DNA of 64,000 nucleotides from an uncultured Phycisphaerales bacterium (GTDB lineage Bacteria; Planctomycetota; Phycisphaerae; WQYP01): NCBI GenBank assembly GCA_963766775.1, contig CAVYBP010000003.1, positions 27,759 to 91,758 of the forward strand, read 5' to 3'. Shown piece by piece: positions 30,490 to 39,418 of this stretch (position 1 is its first letter; each line of letters starts with the position of its first letter). The notes under the pieces were generated by a model. It saw only the letters and a program-made list of their open reading frames with translations, ran no database searches and was not told where the DNA came from. The position numbers and the translations under genes were made by a program.

Positions 30490-31189
30490 TAATCGGGATA
30501 GGGAGGAGCCTCACGGCTCCACCCCTCCCACACCACCGTGCGTACGGGTCCGTACACGGCGATTCGGTTGGTTAGCGAGTCAACTGAACCGCTAGCGTTG
30601 TTCAGTCCACTCTGACTTCCGGTTGCGCCCCGCCGACCACAGACTGTTTGGCTCTCGCGGCCTTTGGGTCAGCTTCACCGACCCGCATCTCCGCATAGGC
30701 CCGACTTGCGTCGAGTTTTCTGCCACAGGGCTGCGGATACTTGCGTCCTTCGTCCATCCCATACCGTTTGGGCCTTCCCTGTCCAACGGCCAGTGGCCTA
30801 CCGACAGGTACTACGCCCGCTGCTGACTTCTGCCCGGCGATCAATGGCCCTTGCGAGCCACCCAGTTCCGACGACGCGTCGAAACAGCCCGACAGATCTC
30901 CCGAGGTAAGTTCGACCGCCTTCCACGCACGACCGCCGGATTTACGCTCTGCGCCCTTGATGGATATGGGCTTCGCGGTCACTTGATGGATATGGGCTTC
31001 GCGGTCATTTGCCCGCTCGCCCGACGCTCACGCCTCTGATCCGGTTCTTGTACATCAGCCCGCGTCTTTGCCTCCAGCTTCTTTCAGACCTCGCCTCGCG
31101 ACGACGCCCTTGCTCTTGGCTAACCCTTCACCTCCATCAGGTCGGGTAGAGGACTTGCACCTCCAAACTGTCGAACATGCTCGGCACAC
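30490..31189 (-). ncRNA. Group II intron ribozyme without an RT ORF (about 700 nt)
   Basis: On the minus strand, GTGTGCCGAG begins at 31189, 10 nt after a terminator hairpin. Conserved-looking segments are GCGAGGCGAGGTCTGAAAGAAGCTGGAGGCAAAG (31066-31099) and GGGGCGCAACCGGAAGTCAGAGTGGACTGAAC (30600-30631). A domain V-like hairpin TCGCCGTGTACGGACCCGTACGCACGGTGG lies at 30533-30562 with a 2-nt AC bulge. A domain VI-like hairpin with a GTGA loop follows. No ORF here has RT motifs. Confidence 0.65.
30956..31007. repeat. Perfect 26-bp tandem duplication (CTTGATGGATATGGGCTTCGCGGTCA x2) inside the ORF-less intron
   Basis: Read directly: 30956-30981 equals 30982-31007. Confidence 0.9.
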
Positions 31190-31192
31190 AAA

Positions 31193-31221
31193 TGAAAAAG
31201 GGCCGCCAGTTACGGCGACCC
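31193..31221 (-). terminator. Rho-independent terminator-like hairpin downstream of the tRNA-Pro fragment
   Basis: Minus strand GGGTCGCC-GTAACT-GGCGGCCC (one G-U pair) followed by TTTTTC. Confidence 0.6.
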
Positions 31222-31242
31222 TTTCCAATCGGGGCGATCCAA

Positions 31243-31289
31243 TCGGGGCGACAGGATTTGAACCTGCGTCCCCCAGACCCCCAGTCTGT
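31243..31289 (-). other. 3' fragment of a tRNA-Pro(GGG)-like gene (anticodon arm to discriminator); not a complete tRNA
   Basis: Minus strand ACAGA-CTGGGGG-TCTGG, variable GGGAC, T arm GCAGG-TTCAAAT-CCTGT, acceptor CGCCCCG+A. There is no matching D arm or 5' acceptor strand. The acceptor end plus flank (CCAATCGGGGCGA on the + strand) is tandemly duplicated at 31225-31237 and 31239-31251. Confidence 0.5.
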
Positions 31290-31391
31290 TGCACCATTTG
31301 AGTTCCGTCCGAGCGTTCCTGGCCGGGCACCCGCGAATGGACTTTAATACAATAGCTAAAAAAAAAGAGGCGGCCATTGGCCGCCCCGGGA

Positions 31392-33534
31392 TCATGCCGC
31401 TTGACCCTGCCGAAGCAAGCGGAGCTGCTTGCGTCGGGCGCGACCATCAACGTAAATTTGGCCGCGGTTTTCATACCAGTACCTCAAGGCTTTCGTAACG
31501 ACGTCGCGGTTGGTGGCGAGTTGGGCTGCGATTTCTTGCAGTTGCATTCCCTCGTCCGCCATGGACTTAACTTCCTCAGACAACGCCTGATGCTGCAGGG
31601 GAGATTGCAAATTCACCCTTCGGTCAGCGACGGGATTCTTGCCGCGCGGCAACGTGCCGCCAACCTCTTCAAACGCAGCCCGCAACAGTACATGAACCTT
31701 GTTACGGTGTGTTCCCACCTTCTTTGCGATCAGTTTCGTCATCATCCCGTGGTCGTACAATTCCTTGCATTGGCGGGCCAGCGTCATATCGATCACCGGC
31801 TCCGGGGGTTTCATGTCGATGCTGATCGTGAGCGGGGTCGTCTGCGATGCGGTGGGGATCTGGAACGCCTTGGGCAGGTCGACTTCAAACGTCGCTTGCA
31901 GCCATCCACGATGAGGGCGTCGTTCACCGCGATGGCTCAGAATAATCTTTCCGCCGGTCACCAGGCCAAGCACGTGGCGAACGGTATCAATAACGCGGCG
32001 GTCAGTGCTGCCAATCGCTTCACAGAAGACTTTTTGAAGATCAGCGATCCGCTGCCGAATCTGACTTTCCGAGGGAATGACGGGAGCCTGGTTCTGCGGC
32101 GACGCAAGATTTTTAAGCTGCGCTGGATCCTAAAACGTTCGGCCTGAAGCAGTCTCACCCGCCCATGCTGTTCTTTGCGATCCACTTCGCTCTCGGCGGG
32201 CGCGTCGTAGATGAAGTTCAATTTCCGCGTTACGGCCTGCTCCTGCCTTTGCAAGTCCTCACAAGAGACGGCGTCAGGCTTAATGAAGTCGTGGGCGACG
32301 CGGGTGAAACTTTCGATGATCATCGGCACCAGCGTACTTTCATTCGCGAGGACCTCAGCAACCCTTGCGCAGATCATCTGGCCGCCGAATGACTCCAAAA
32401 ACTGCGAATAAAGCTCGGGTTGTTCCCCGCGTTTGCACTCCCGGCACTGGTAGAGGCCACGCCCCATCGCTTGCAGAGGGTGCTCGTGGCGAGGGCACCA
32501 CAGCAACTTCGAAAACAAAGGAGGAAGCTCATCGCCTTGCCGAGTTTTGCGGCGGTTGCCGCCGGTGTTTCGCGCTTCAACAGGCTTTCCTGGGCGGCGT
32601 AAAAGAGTTCGTCATTAAGAATGCGCAACGGTTCCCTGAAAATTTTCCGCCGAGGCTCTTCGCGGTTGAATTGACGCGCGTAATCTTGTTCGCCTTGCCA
32701 GCGTGTTTCTGACCAAGCGTAAGACCAGTCACCGACGTACCGCCGGTTCCCTAAAACGCCGTGAACAGCTCCCGGCGTCCAATGCCCCGTGCTGCACTTG
32801 GGTGGCAACGGAGCACGCTCACGATTCAAACGACGCGCTATCGCAGTCTCACCCATTGGTTTTGCGCCGGATATTCCCGGCCGAGATACCATTGGAAGAT
32901 CTTTGCAACCCATTCGGCCTCCCTCTCGTTAACTACCACTTTCCTGGCCGGATTGTTTTTTTTGGTGAATACGTCTGGGACCACTTCACCGCCATAACCG
33001 AAAGTGAGGGTGCCGCAAATCAAGCCACGAAGCGCCACACCTTCGTGACCTGCGCGAACCATCGCTGCCTGCGAGGCGGCCATCCGTTCATCCATCATCG
33101 AATAAAATTGAAACATGACACCCCAGAACTCGGTGTCGTCCGTATCGATTCCCTGCCGAACGAAAACGGCACGGCGACCTTTGGACACGATTTGTTCCTG
33201 CACAAGTCTTAGCGACTTATACATATGGCGGTATAATTGACTCGTTGTAAAAACGACGAGGACGTCGATTTCGTTCGCGTCCAATGCGGCTTCCAGAGCC
33301 TGCAGGCCGGCTCGACGACTGCGTGCCGCCAGACTTGGCTTCATCCACGAAAATATGCTTGGGATCGACAGTCACGCCGTTGGCTGCCGCCCATTCCTGG
33401 CAGGTCCGAATCTGGTCCTCAGTGCTCCGCTGCATTTTGGTGGAATAGCGGGCGTAAATTGCGCCCCGCTTCCCTTTTTCCTTCGGACCGCCGGCCAACG
33501 TGCCCAAAGCGTAAATGGGGACGGCGGCATCCAT
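31392..33534 (-). CDS. Large serine recombinase (at least 4 frameshifts)
   Basis: The N-terminus is GAIYARYSTKMQRSTEDQIRTCQEWA (catalytic Ser context), then IDVLVVFTTSQLYRHMYKSLRLVQE..FVRQGIDTDD. The recombinase domain has GHWTPGAVHGVLGNRRYVGDW, the zinc ribbon has LLWCPRHEHPL..YQCRECK, and a C-terminal HTH-like region follows. The protein is spread over ORFs 33217..33915, 32838..33344, 32374..32913, 31958..32518 and 31392..31973. Confidence 0.75.
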
Positions 33535-34049
33535 AGGGTCAAGGGGAAGGCTCGGGCGATGTTGATCGGCCCGAGCATAGAACGTCAAAGATGTCCCCAA
33601 AATGAAAACGCAGATTGCCGCCACCGAGATGATGAGCGTCCTCAAGATGACGCAGCGCCGCTGACGTATGATTTCCGCCGCCAGCGCGATAATTGCGGCC
33701 CGTTTGCGTTGACGCTCACGAGCGCGCTGGGCGGACTTCGCCCGGCGCAATGCGCGGCTGGGACGCCGGTCTTGACGAGTCCACCGCGAATTTAGACCAA
33801 GCTCAAAAGGCCAGAAAAAGTTCGCCCGTTTTTCGCCCGCTTTCCGTGGACTGAGGATGAAGTTGACGGGACTGCGAGGGAGCCAGTGGGACAACGATAA
33901 ATAGTTTACGTACAAATGCTTAAATGTTAAATTAAGGCCACCGCAGAAGTTATGGAAAAGGGGGAGGCGCAGAATCCCTCTCTCTCCGTGTTGTTTTGGT
34001 AGCCGGTCTTAACCGCTGATTTGCATGGCAGTTACAAACGGCTTTTTTA

Positions 34050-34230
34050 TTTGGCACAGTTCGCTGTGCCAAATTTGTGCCAAAACCTTTCGCCAACGCC
34101 GCTCAAAGCACTTCCTTCCAGGCATTGGCACGTCCGTGAGTGCGTGGTATTTTTGCGTGAGAAGTTTGTCCTGGTCGAGTTCGTCGACCCCGTCGTGGAC
34201 GTAGTGGTCGAGGACGAAGTTGATGAAATC
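34050..34230 (-). pseudogene. hsdR: Remnant of a type I restriction enzyme HsdR C-terminal domain
   Basis: DFINFVLDHYVHDGVDELDQDKLLTQKYHALTD resembles the EcoEI-type R-subunit C-terminal motif (F.dFVL..YV..GV.ELD..KL..LL.LKY). It is preceded by a stop codon, frameshifted afterwards, and has no upstream helicase part. Confidence 0.45.
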
Positions 34231-34288
34231 TTACTGCTGAGTGTGGAGTGTCATTGCAAAGCTGATAAATATTGGAACGCGACTGGTG

Positions 34289-34762
34289 TCATCGTGATTG
34301 GTAGTCTTGAGCAGGCGGTTCGGCAATTGATATCGGCGGCAGTTGAACATTCCTGATGTTGGATTCGATTTTGGCGAGGAGCCGTCGAACTTTCCCCGGA
34401 CGAAAGACGCCGGTGATATCGTCGGTCTTTCCAGAGCGAACCAATCGGATGATCGTTTTTTGGCAGTAGAGGTACCACGTTAATGCGGTCAGGGCGACAA
34501 TCTCCAGAAATATTGCGATCACTGTAGACGTGACATTGCCCACGAAGAACAACGCCGCACCGGGGAGGAGGAGGAACAACGCAACGACGAGGATGCGGAT
34601 GACTGGAACCTTGCGCCAGGCAATCACCTGCTCCACGCGGTCGAACATAATCTTTCGAACGCGATCCTTGGTGCGTTCATGCTCCAACAGAACCAGGCAA
34701 TCCGGTTCGATAAGGACGCTCGTTCGATTGAAGAGAGAATTGCTGCGAAGATCTACTGCCAT
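34289..34762 (-). CDS. Hypothetical membrane protein (2 predicted TM helices)
   Basis: Intact 157-aa ORF with hydrophobic stretches VIRILVVALFLLLPGAALFFVG and VIAIFLEIVALTALTWYLY. Confidence 0.5.
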   Translation of the reverse strand: MAVDLRSNSLFNRTSVLIEPDCLVLLEHERTKDRVRKIMFDRVEQVIAWRKVPVIRILVVALFLLLPGAALFFVGNVTSTVIAIFLEIVALTALTWYLYCQKTIIRLVRSGKTDDITGVFRPGKVRRLLAKIESNIRNVQLPPISIAEPPAQDYQSR

Positions 34763-34774
34763 GGTATTGTTCCT

Positions 34775-35437
34775 TCAGCTTCCGCGGCGCGAGACCAGCA
34801 TGACGATGATGACAACGACGGCGGCGGCCCACAATAAAGCGAACAGGCTTAGCAAGATGGGGATCGCAATCACACGGCTTCGGCCCATAACTCGCGCATA
34901 AATGGGGTTCCCCTTCCGCATCTTCAAGGCTTTAAAGTAGAGATAGAACGCGTAAGGGATCCAGATGAATGCGAAAGGCACAACGACGAAGTTGACGTAG
35001 GGGATGAAGCTACAGGCGAGGAGAGTAATGATCGTGTTATCGGGACGTTCAAGATAACGGTCGAATGCTTTGCCTGCTTTTTCTTTGCCCGCGGTGTTGA
35101 GGTAGTTCGCACTGTAGGTTTGGCCATTCAATTGGATGGCGCACAGGCGCAAACGTAATCTCCAGTGCCGGCGCATACGGCGACCGCTTTCTTGGTGGGA
35201 TGGTGAATGCAGGTGGCGTCCTCGGCTAGCGCGGTGCTCGGCGGAATCGACGGTCAGGGGGAGGGGGTTGAAAAGAAAAGCCTGTCCTTTCCAAGCACAA
35301 TTAGAACAGACGGTGGCGCCGTTGGAGCCGAACGGAAGCTCGCGGCTGCACGATGGGCAGATGAGGCGAGCGATGGGGGATAAGGGCGCTTGGCGGGGAG
35401 GGGGCTCGATCAGGTTTGCGGCAAGGGCGTCCGTCAC
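34775..35437 (-). CDS. Zinc-ribbon membrane protein (two compensating frameshifts about 35150-35250)
   Basis: CPSCSREL...CSNCAW. In a second frame it reads ALAEDATCIHHPTKKAVAVCAGTGDYVCA, then returns to LCAIQLNGQTY. The C-terminal half has 3-4 TM helices. Confidence 0.55.
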   Translation of the reverse strand: MTDALAANLIEPPPRQAPLSPIARLICPSCSRELPFGSNGATVCSNCAWKGQAFLFNPLPLTVDSAEHRASRGRHLHSPSHQESGRRMRRHWRLRLRLCAIQLNGQTYSANYLNTAGKEKAGKAFDRYLERPDNTIITLLACSFIPYVNFVVVPFAFIWIPYAFYLYFKALKMRKGNPIYARVMGRSRVIAIPILLSLFALLWAAAVVVIIVMLVSRRGS

Positions 35438-35452
35438 GGCGTTTTTCCTTGA

Positions 35453-36123
35453 TCAGCGGCTAAGCATGATTACGCGGGTTCCAGCGATGTGATCGTGGAG
35501 GGCGCGTTGTTGGGTGCGGTCAAAAAGGGCGAAGATGACGTTGACCAGGGCGTAGATTGCAACGAGAAAGCCGCCGCCCATCTGAAGCCCGGCAAGGGCG
35601 GCCGGCACGGCGGCGGCTATCATGATCAGCACTGGCGGCAGCAAGCCGAGGCCTTGGTAAGCGAGCGCCCGGATGAACGCGACGCCCATCGTCATGGGCT
35701 TGCCATCTATGCACAACTTTGAGCTTGCCTGCCATTTTGCCGAGGGTTTGCCCGCGCGAACCGTGAAGGAATGTGAAGTAGAGGATGCTAATGGTGGCAA
35801 TAATAAACTGCCCGACACCCACGACCACAAGATTTCTAACTCCGGCGGTGGCAACGCCGAATACGAAGATGAAGTTGAAGATGAGGGTAGGAATCAACAG
35901 GATGATGCCGTCCAGGAAGATGCAACCGAAGCGCCGGAAGACCGTCGGCCTTTCCGATTCGCCCGGCATGGCTTCGCCGGCCTTCAGACGCTCGAGAAGA
36001 ATAGCCTTTCCCCTCCGCGCACATGCGCTGGCCGTTGAGAACGACCAATTCGTCTTCGGGCACTATTTTTCCGGTAACTTCGCAGCGGCCCATCCCCGGG
36101 GGGGTGGTGGTTGGCATGGTCAT
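35453..36123 (-). CDS. RDD-family membrane protein with N-terminal zinc ribbon (2 frameshifts)
   Basis: CEVTGKIVPEDELVVLNGQRMCAEGK; RRFGCIFLDGIILLIPTLIF; GQTLGKMAGKLKVV; ..AFIRALAYQGLGLL. Spread over ORFs 35836..36123, 35520..35969 and 35453..35854. Confidence 0.65.
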
Positions 36124-36275
36124 GCGCGGTCCTTCTCCAGACGTCGGAATACGAACATTTTGAAATGGAATTAACGTATGTACACTAAATTCGGCGTGAC
36201 ACTTTGTAAAGCTATAAGTTGAAAAACTGCAAAAATTAACGATTTCTCACGTGGTGATCTCAAAGGAAAAATTGA

Positions 36276-37025
36276 TCAACCGGTGAATTTGGCATCTTGA
36301 ATCAGAAGTGCAAGATTCATGATGGTTTGCTCATCCGAGAGGTGGTCGAGATCGAGCGGAAGTGAAAATTGATTCCGATAGTGCATTGCGGCTGCGGCAA
36401 AGAGTTCTTCACGCACCTCGGGATCGAGCTGGTCCCGGCGAATCGCGAGGTCGAGAATCAGGTCGCGGTCATCCCGGGTGATGCGGTTCAGAATGCGCTG
36501 TTGCAGCGAGCGGTTGCTTTGAAACGTGTTGAGGCGCTCCTTGCCGACGGTCAGGGCCTGGGGCAACGCTCTGCGAACCTCGCGAACCACGACGGTTTCT
36601 GCCGCCATATCTCCAAGACGGCGATGATGGCGATCAAAGAAGGCCACTGTGCCTCCGACCACCATGATCCAGGGGAGATTATCGATGGGGCGGAGGAGAT
36701 TTCGCATGAGTGCGTCGGCAAAACGGATTCGCGTGCCGTGGATGGAAATCACTCGAAGCGAAAAGAGCCGCTTGCCGGGCGTCTGGCCTGCTGAACGGGT
36801 TTCGAAGTAGGTGAAATAGCCGAAGTCGAGAATGAACATCCCGAGCAGGATGAAGATGAATGCGACCTGGCCGAGCATGCTGCAAACGAGGACGATGGCA
36901 ATATAGCCCGCGACAATGAGCGTGTAGTCGAGCAGCCATGCGAGCATGCGCGTGACGAGGCCGGCGGTTTCGTACCGGAAGAGCACCTGCTCAGGCGTGA
37001 TGATTTCAAGCTTTGGCAATGTCAC
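36276..37025 (-). CDS. RDD-family membrane protein
   Basis: TRMLAWLLDYTLIVAGYIAIV...AGQTPGKRLFSLRVISIHGTRIRFADALMRNLLRPID. Intact, 249 aa. Confidence 0.7.
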   Translation of the reverse strand: MTLPKLEIITPEQVLFRYETAGLVTRMLAWLLDYTLIVAGYIAIVLVCSMLGQVAFIFILLGMFILDFGYFTYFETRSAGQTPGKRLFSLRVISIHGTRIRFADALMRNLLRPIDNLPWIMVVGGTVAFFDRHHRRLGDMAAETVVVREVRRALPQALTVGKERLNTFQSNRSLQQRILNRITRDDRDLILDLAIRRDQLDPEVREELFAAAAMHYRNQFSLPLDLDHLSDEQTIMNLALLIQDAKFTG

Positions 37026-37087
37026 TTACCCTTGGCGGACGACCGCGTGATCTTGTCATGGGGACGGAGGCCTGTCAAAATTGATGC

Positions 37088-38104
37088 ATGGACTTGAACG
37101 CCTTTCTTCATTCTCGACAATCGCGATGGCTGCGGCTAAGCCAGTTGCTGGATCGAATTGACGAACGTGGAATCGCGGCGCTCTCCCCGCTTGAGGCGGA
37201 TGAATTTTTCCGGCTTTATCGACTGACCTCCAGCGATTTGAACCTCGTGCAGACGCGCACGGGAAATCCAACGCTACTCGATTATCTTGAGGCGCTGGTG
37301 GCGCGGGCGTATGGGACGCTGTCGGTTCCGAAACGCGCCAATCCGTTCAAGGCCTGGTGGATGATTCTGCGGCACTATTTTCCCGCTGCGATTCGGGCCG
37401 AGTATCGCATGTTTTTGTTGAGTGTGCTGATTCTGTTGGCGGGGACATTGTGCGGCGGCGTGGCAACGGCGATAGCACCGCGGATGGCGGAAGTTTTTCT
37501 GCCCGCGGAGAACCTGGCGGAAGATTCGCGCGACCGTGTCGCCAGATTAGAGAAGCAGGAGCGTGAGGGCGTTTCACAGGTGAACACGGCGACCGACCAT
37601 GGCGTCTTTACCACGTTCCTTTTCAGCCACAACATTCGAGTGAGCGTGTTGGCGTTCGCACTGGGGCTTTCGTTTGGAATCGGAACGGCGGTAATGCTGT
37701 TTTATAATGGCGCAATGTTGGGATCGCTGGCAGCGCTGTACTGGTCGAATGGCGTGTTCGTCTTTTTTGTCGCATGGGTGGGCCCTCACGGCTCCATTGA
37801 GTTGCCATGCGTGATGTTCGCGGGAACAGCGGGATTCCTGTTGGCCAGGACGCAGTTGCGGCGGGGCGAGGGATCCGTGACGGTGCAGATTCGCCGCATT
37901 CGTCCGCAATTGGTGGACTTGGTGGTGGGCGCGTCCACGCTGCTGGTGCTGGCCGGTTTTATTGAAGGGGGCTTTTCGCAGATCAATGAGCCCACGCTGC
38001 CGTACGCATTGAAAATTTCTGTTGCTGCGGCATTGTTCACGGCGCTGCTGGTGTATCTCTTCCGGATTCCCGTGAAGCCGCGCCCGGCCGAAGTCGAGGA
38101 GTGA
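37088..38104 (+). CDS. SpoIIM-like (stage II sporulation protein M family / DUF95) membrane protein
   Basis: FSHNIRVSVLAFALGLSFGIGTAVMLFYNGAMLG...GPHGSIELPCVMFAGTAGFLL. Intact, 338 aa. Confidence 0.7.
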   Translation: MDLNAFLHSRQSRWLRLSQLLDRIDERGIAALSPLEADEFFRLYRLTSSDLNLVQTRTGNPTLLDYLEALVARAYGTLSVPKRANPFKAWWMILRHYFPAAIRAEYRMFLLSVLILLAGTLCGGVATAIAPRMAEVFLPAENLAEDSRDRVARLEKQEREGVSQVNTATDHGVFTTFLFSHNIRVSVLAFALGLSFGIGTAVMLFYNGAMLGSLAALYWSNGVFVFFVAWVGPHGSIELPCVMFAGTAGFLLARTQLRRGEGSVTVQIRRIRPQLVDLVVGASTLLVLAGFIEGGFSQINEPTLPYALKISVAAALFTALLVYLFRIPVKPRPAEVEE

Positions 38105-38110
38105 GGGGCA

Positions 38111-39418
38111 TCAAACGACCTGGCGAGCCTTCAGGGTCAGGTACATGTTGATCAATTTGAGCGAGAGCGAAGTGGCGTCGGCTTCGAGGACGCGAACGCC
38201 GGAGCGGATGAGCGAGATCGTGTGCTGGGAACGTTCGGTCGCCAATTCCCGCGCGGCCAACACGCGAAAGACATCTCGAGGCTCTGTCGCCGGGCCGGAG
38301 GCGATTGTCTCGAGCTGCGGATCGCCAGGTTGATGACAGTCATGACGTGCCGGCGGCTGACGAGCGGAAGGACCTCCGCCATGTTGGAGGCAAGCTGCGG
38401 GTCATTGAGATCGGTGAAGAGGAAAACCATCGCCCGCCGTTTCTGGCGGCTTCGGAGGGTTTCCACAAGCGCGGTGTAGGAGGGAAACGCTGATGTGGGT
38501 TTCGCCTCCACCAAGACTTCGACTATCCGGTTCACGCCGCTCAATCCGGCCTGAGGCTTCACAAACCGCTGCACCACGTCTCGAAACAAGATTAATCCGA
38601 TGCGATCTCCCTGCCGGTTGGCAACATGGGCGAGCATGATGCCCGCATCCACGGCTTGATCGAGCACGGTGCCCGTACCAATCTGGCTGCCCATCATCCT
38701 TCCACAATCGAGGCACAGGATGATCTCCTGATTCCGCTCGGCGCGATACATGTTGGTGATGGGGCGCGAGTGGTGCGCGGTCGCCTTCCAGTTGATGTCT
38801 CGATAGTCGTCGTCGGGAAAATAATCGCGGAGCTGCTCAAACTCCCGGCCATTGACGAGACTGCGGACCTGATGGATGCCGACCTGAGCGGAAGCATGAC
38901 TGCGTTGCAGTTGCTCATAGTTGGCGACGTTTTTGAGATTGGGATAGGAGAGAAGTTCAGGCGAGGGAATCTGCCAGCGGCACCGGGCAAGATCGGCGGT
39001 GAAGCGGATTTCCAATTCCGTGATTGATTGGGAGATCTCGCCGCGAACCCGGGGAGTGGCCTGGAGTCGCCAGGCTCACGACTTCGCCCCCATCAATCTG
39101 GATTTCGACAGTGTCGGTCGGAGCGTCGAGCGTGCCGGGCCAGATTTGCCGCAGTTTCAAGAAGACACGGGTCGTGCCGCGATTTTCTATGCGGAAGGGG
39201 AGATCGACGGCGCGGCCCATCTGGACGCGCTCGGGCCATTCCGGGTGCACGGTGACGGAAACCCGGCGCAGCGAACAACCGACGATTTCGACGATGACGA
39301 TCAATGCGACGTCAATGCCTATCGCCACCAGCGCCAGTGATGGAATCACGATGGCGGCGATCAACAGCACGGCCGTCATCAGTGCAAGCGTGAGCGTCAA
39401 TCGTCCGGGGACGATCAT
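38111..39418 (-). CDS. DUF58 (vWA-like) protein (frameshifts near 39030 and 38320)
   Basis: REFEQLRDYFPDDDYRDINWKATAHHSRPITNMYRAERNQEIILCLDCG. The N-terminal TM part lies in ORF 38957..39418. The true C-terminus (..DPQLETIASGP..VFRVLAARELATERSQ..LINMYLTLKARQVV) is in another frame and ends at 38111. Confidence 0.7.

Noticed and set aside
30592-31039. Several 60-126 aa ORFs on both strands (for example 30602..30982)
   Set aside because: They lie inside the structured group II intron-like RNA, and have no RBS, no motifs and biased composition.
31243-31400. Possibility of a complete tRNA or a tmRNA gene at the tRNA-Pro-like sequence
   Set aside because: There is no D arm or 5' acceptor strand within normal distance. 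The only CGGGGCG complement is about 130 nt away. No tag-peptide ORF or tmRNA pseudoknot pattern was seen.
33535-33915. N-terminal 127-aa extension of the recombinase ORF (Arg-rich + TM-like)
   Set aside because: The serine recombinase catalytic region begins shortly after the internal Met at 33534. The extension has no support and is probably upstream non-coding sequence read in frame.
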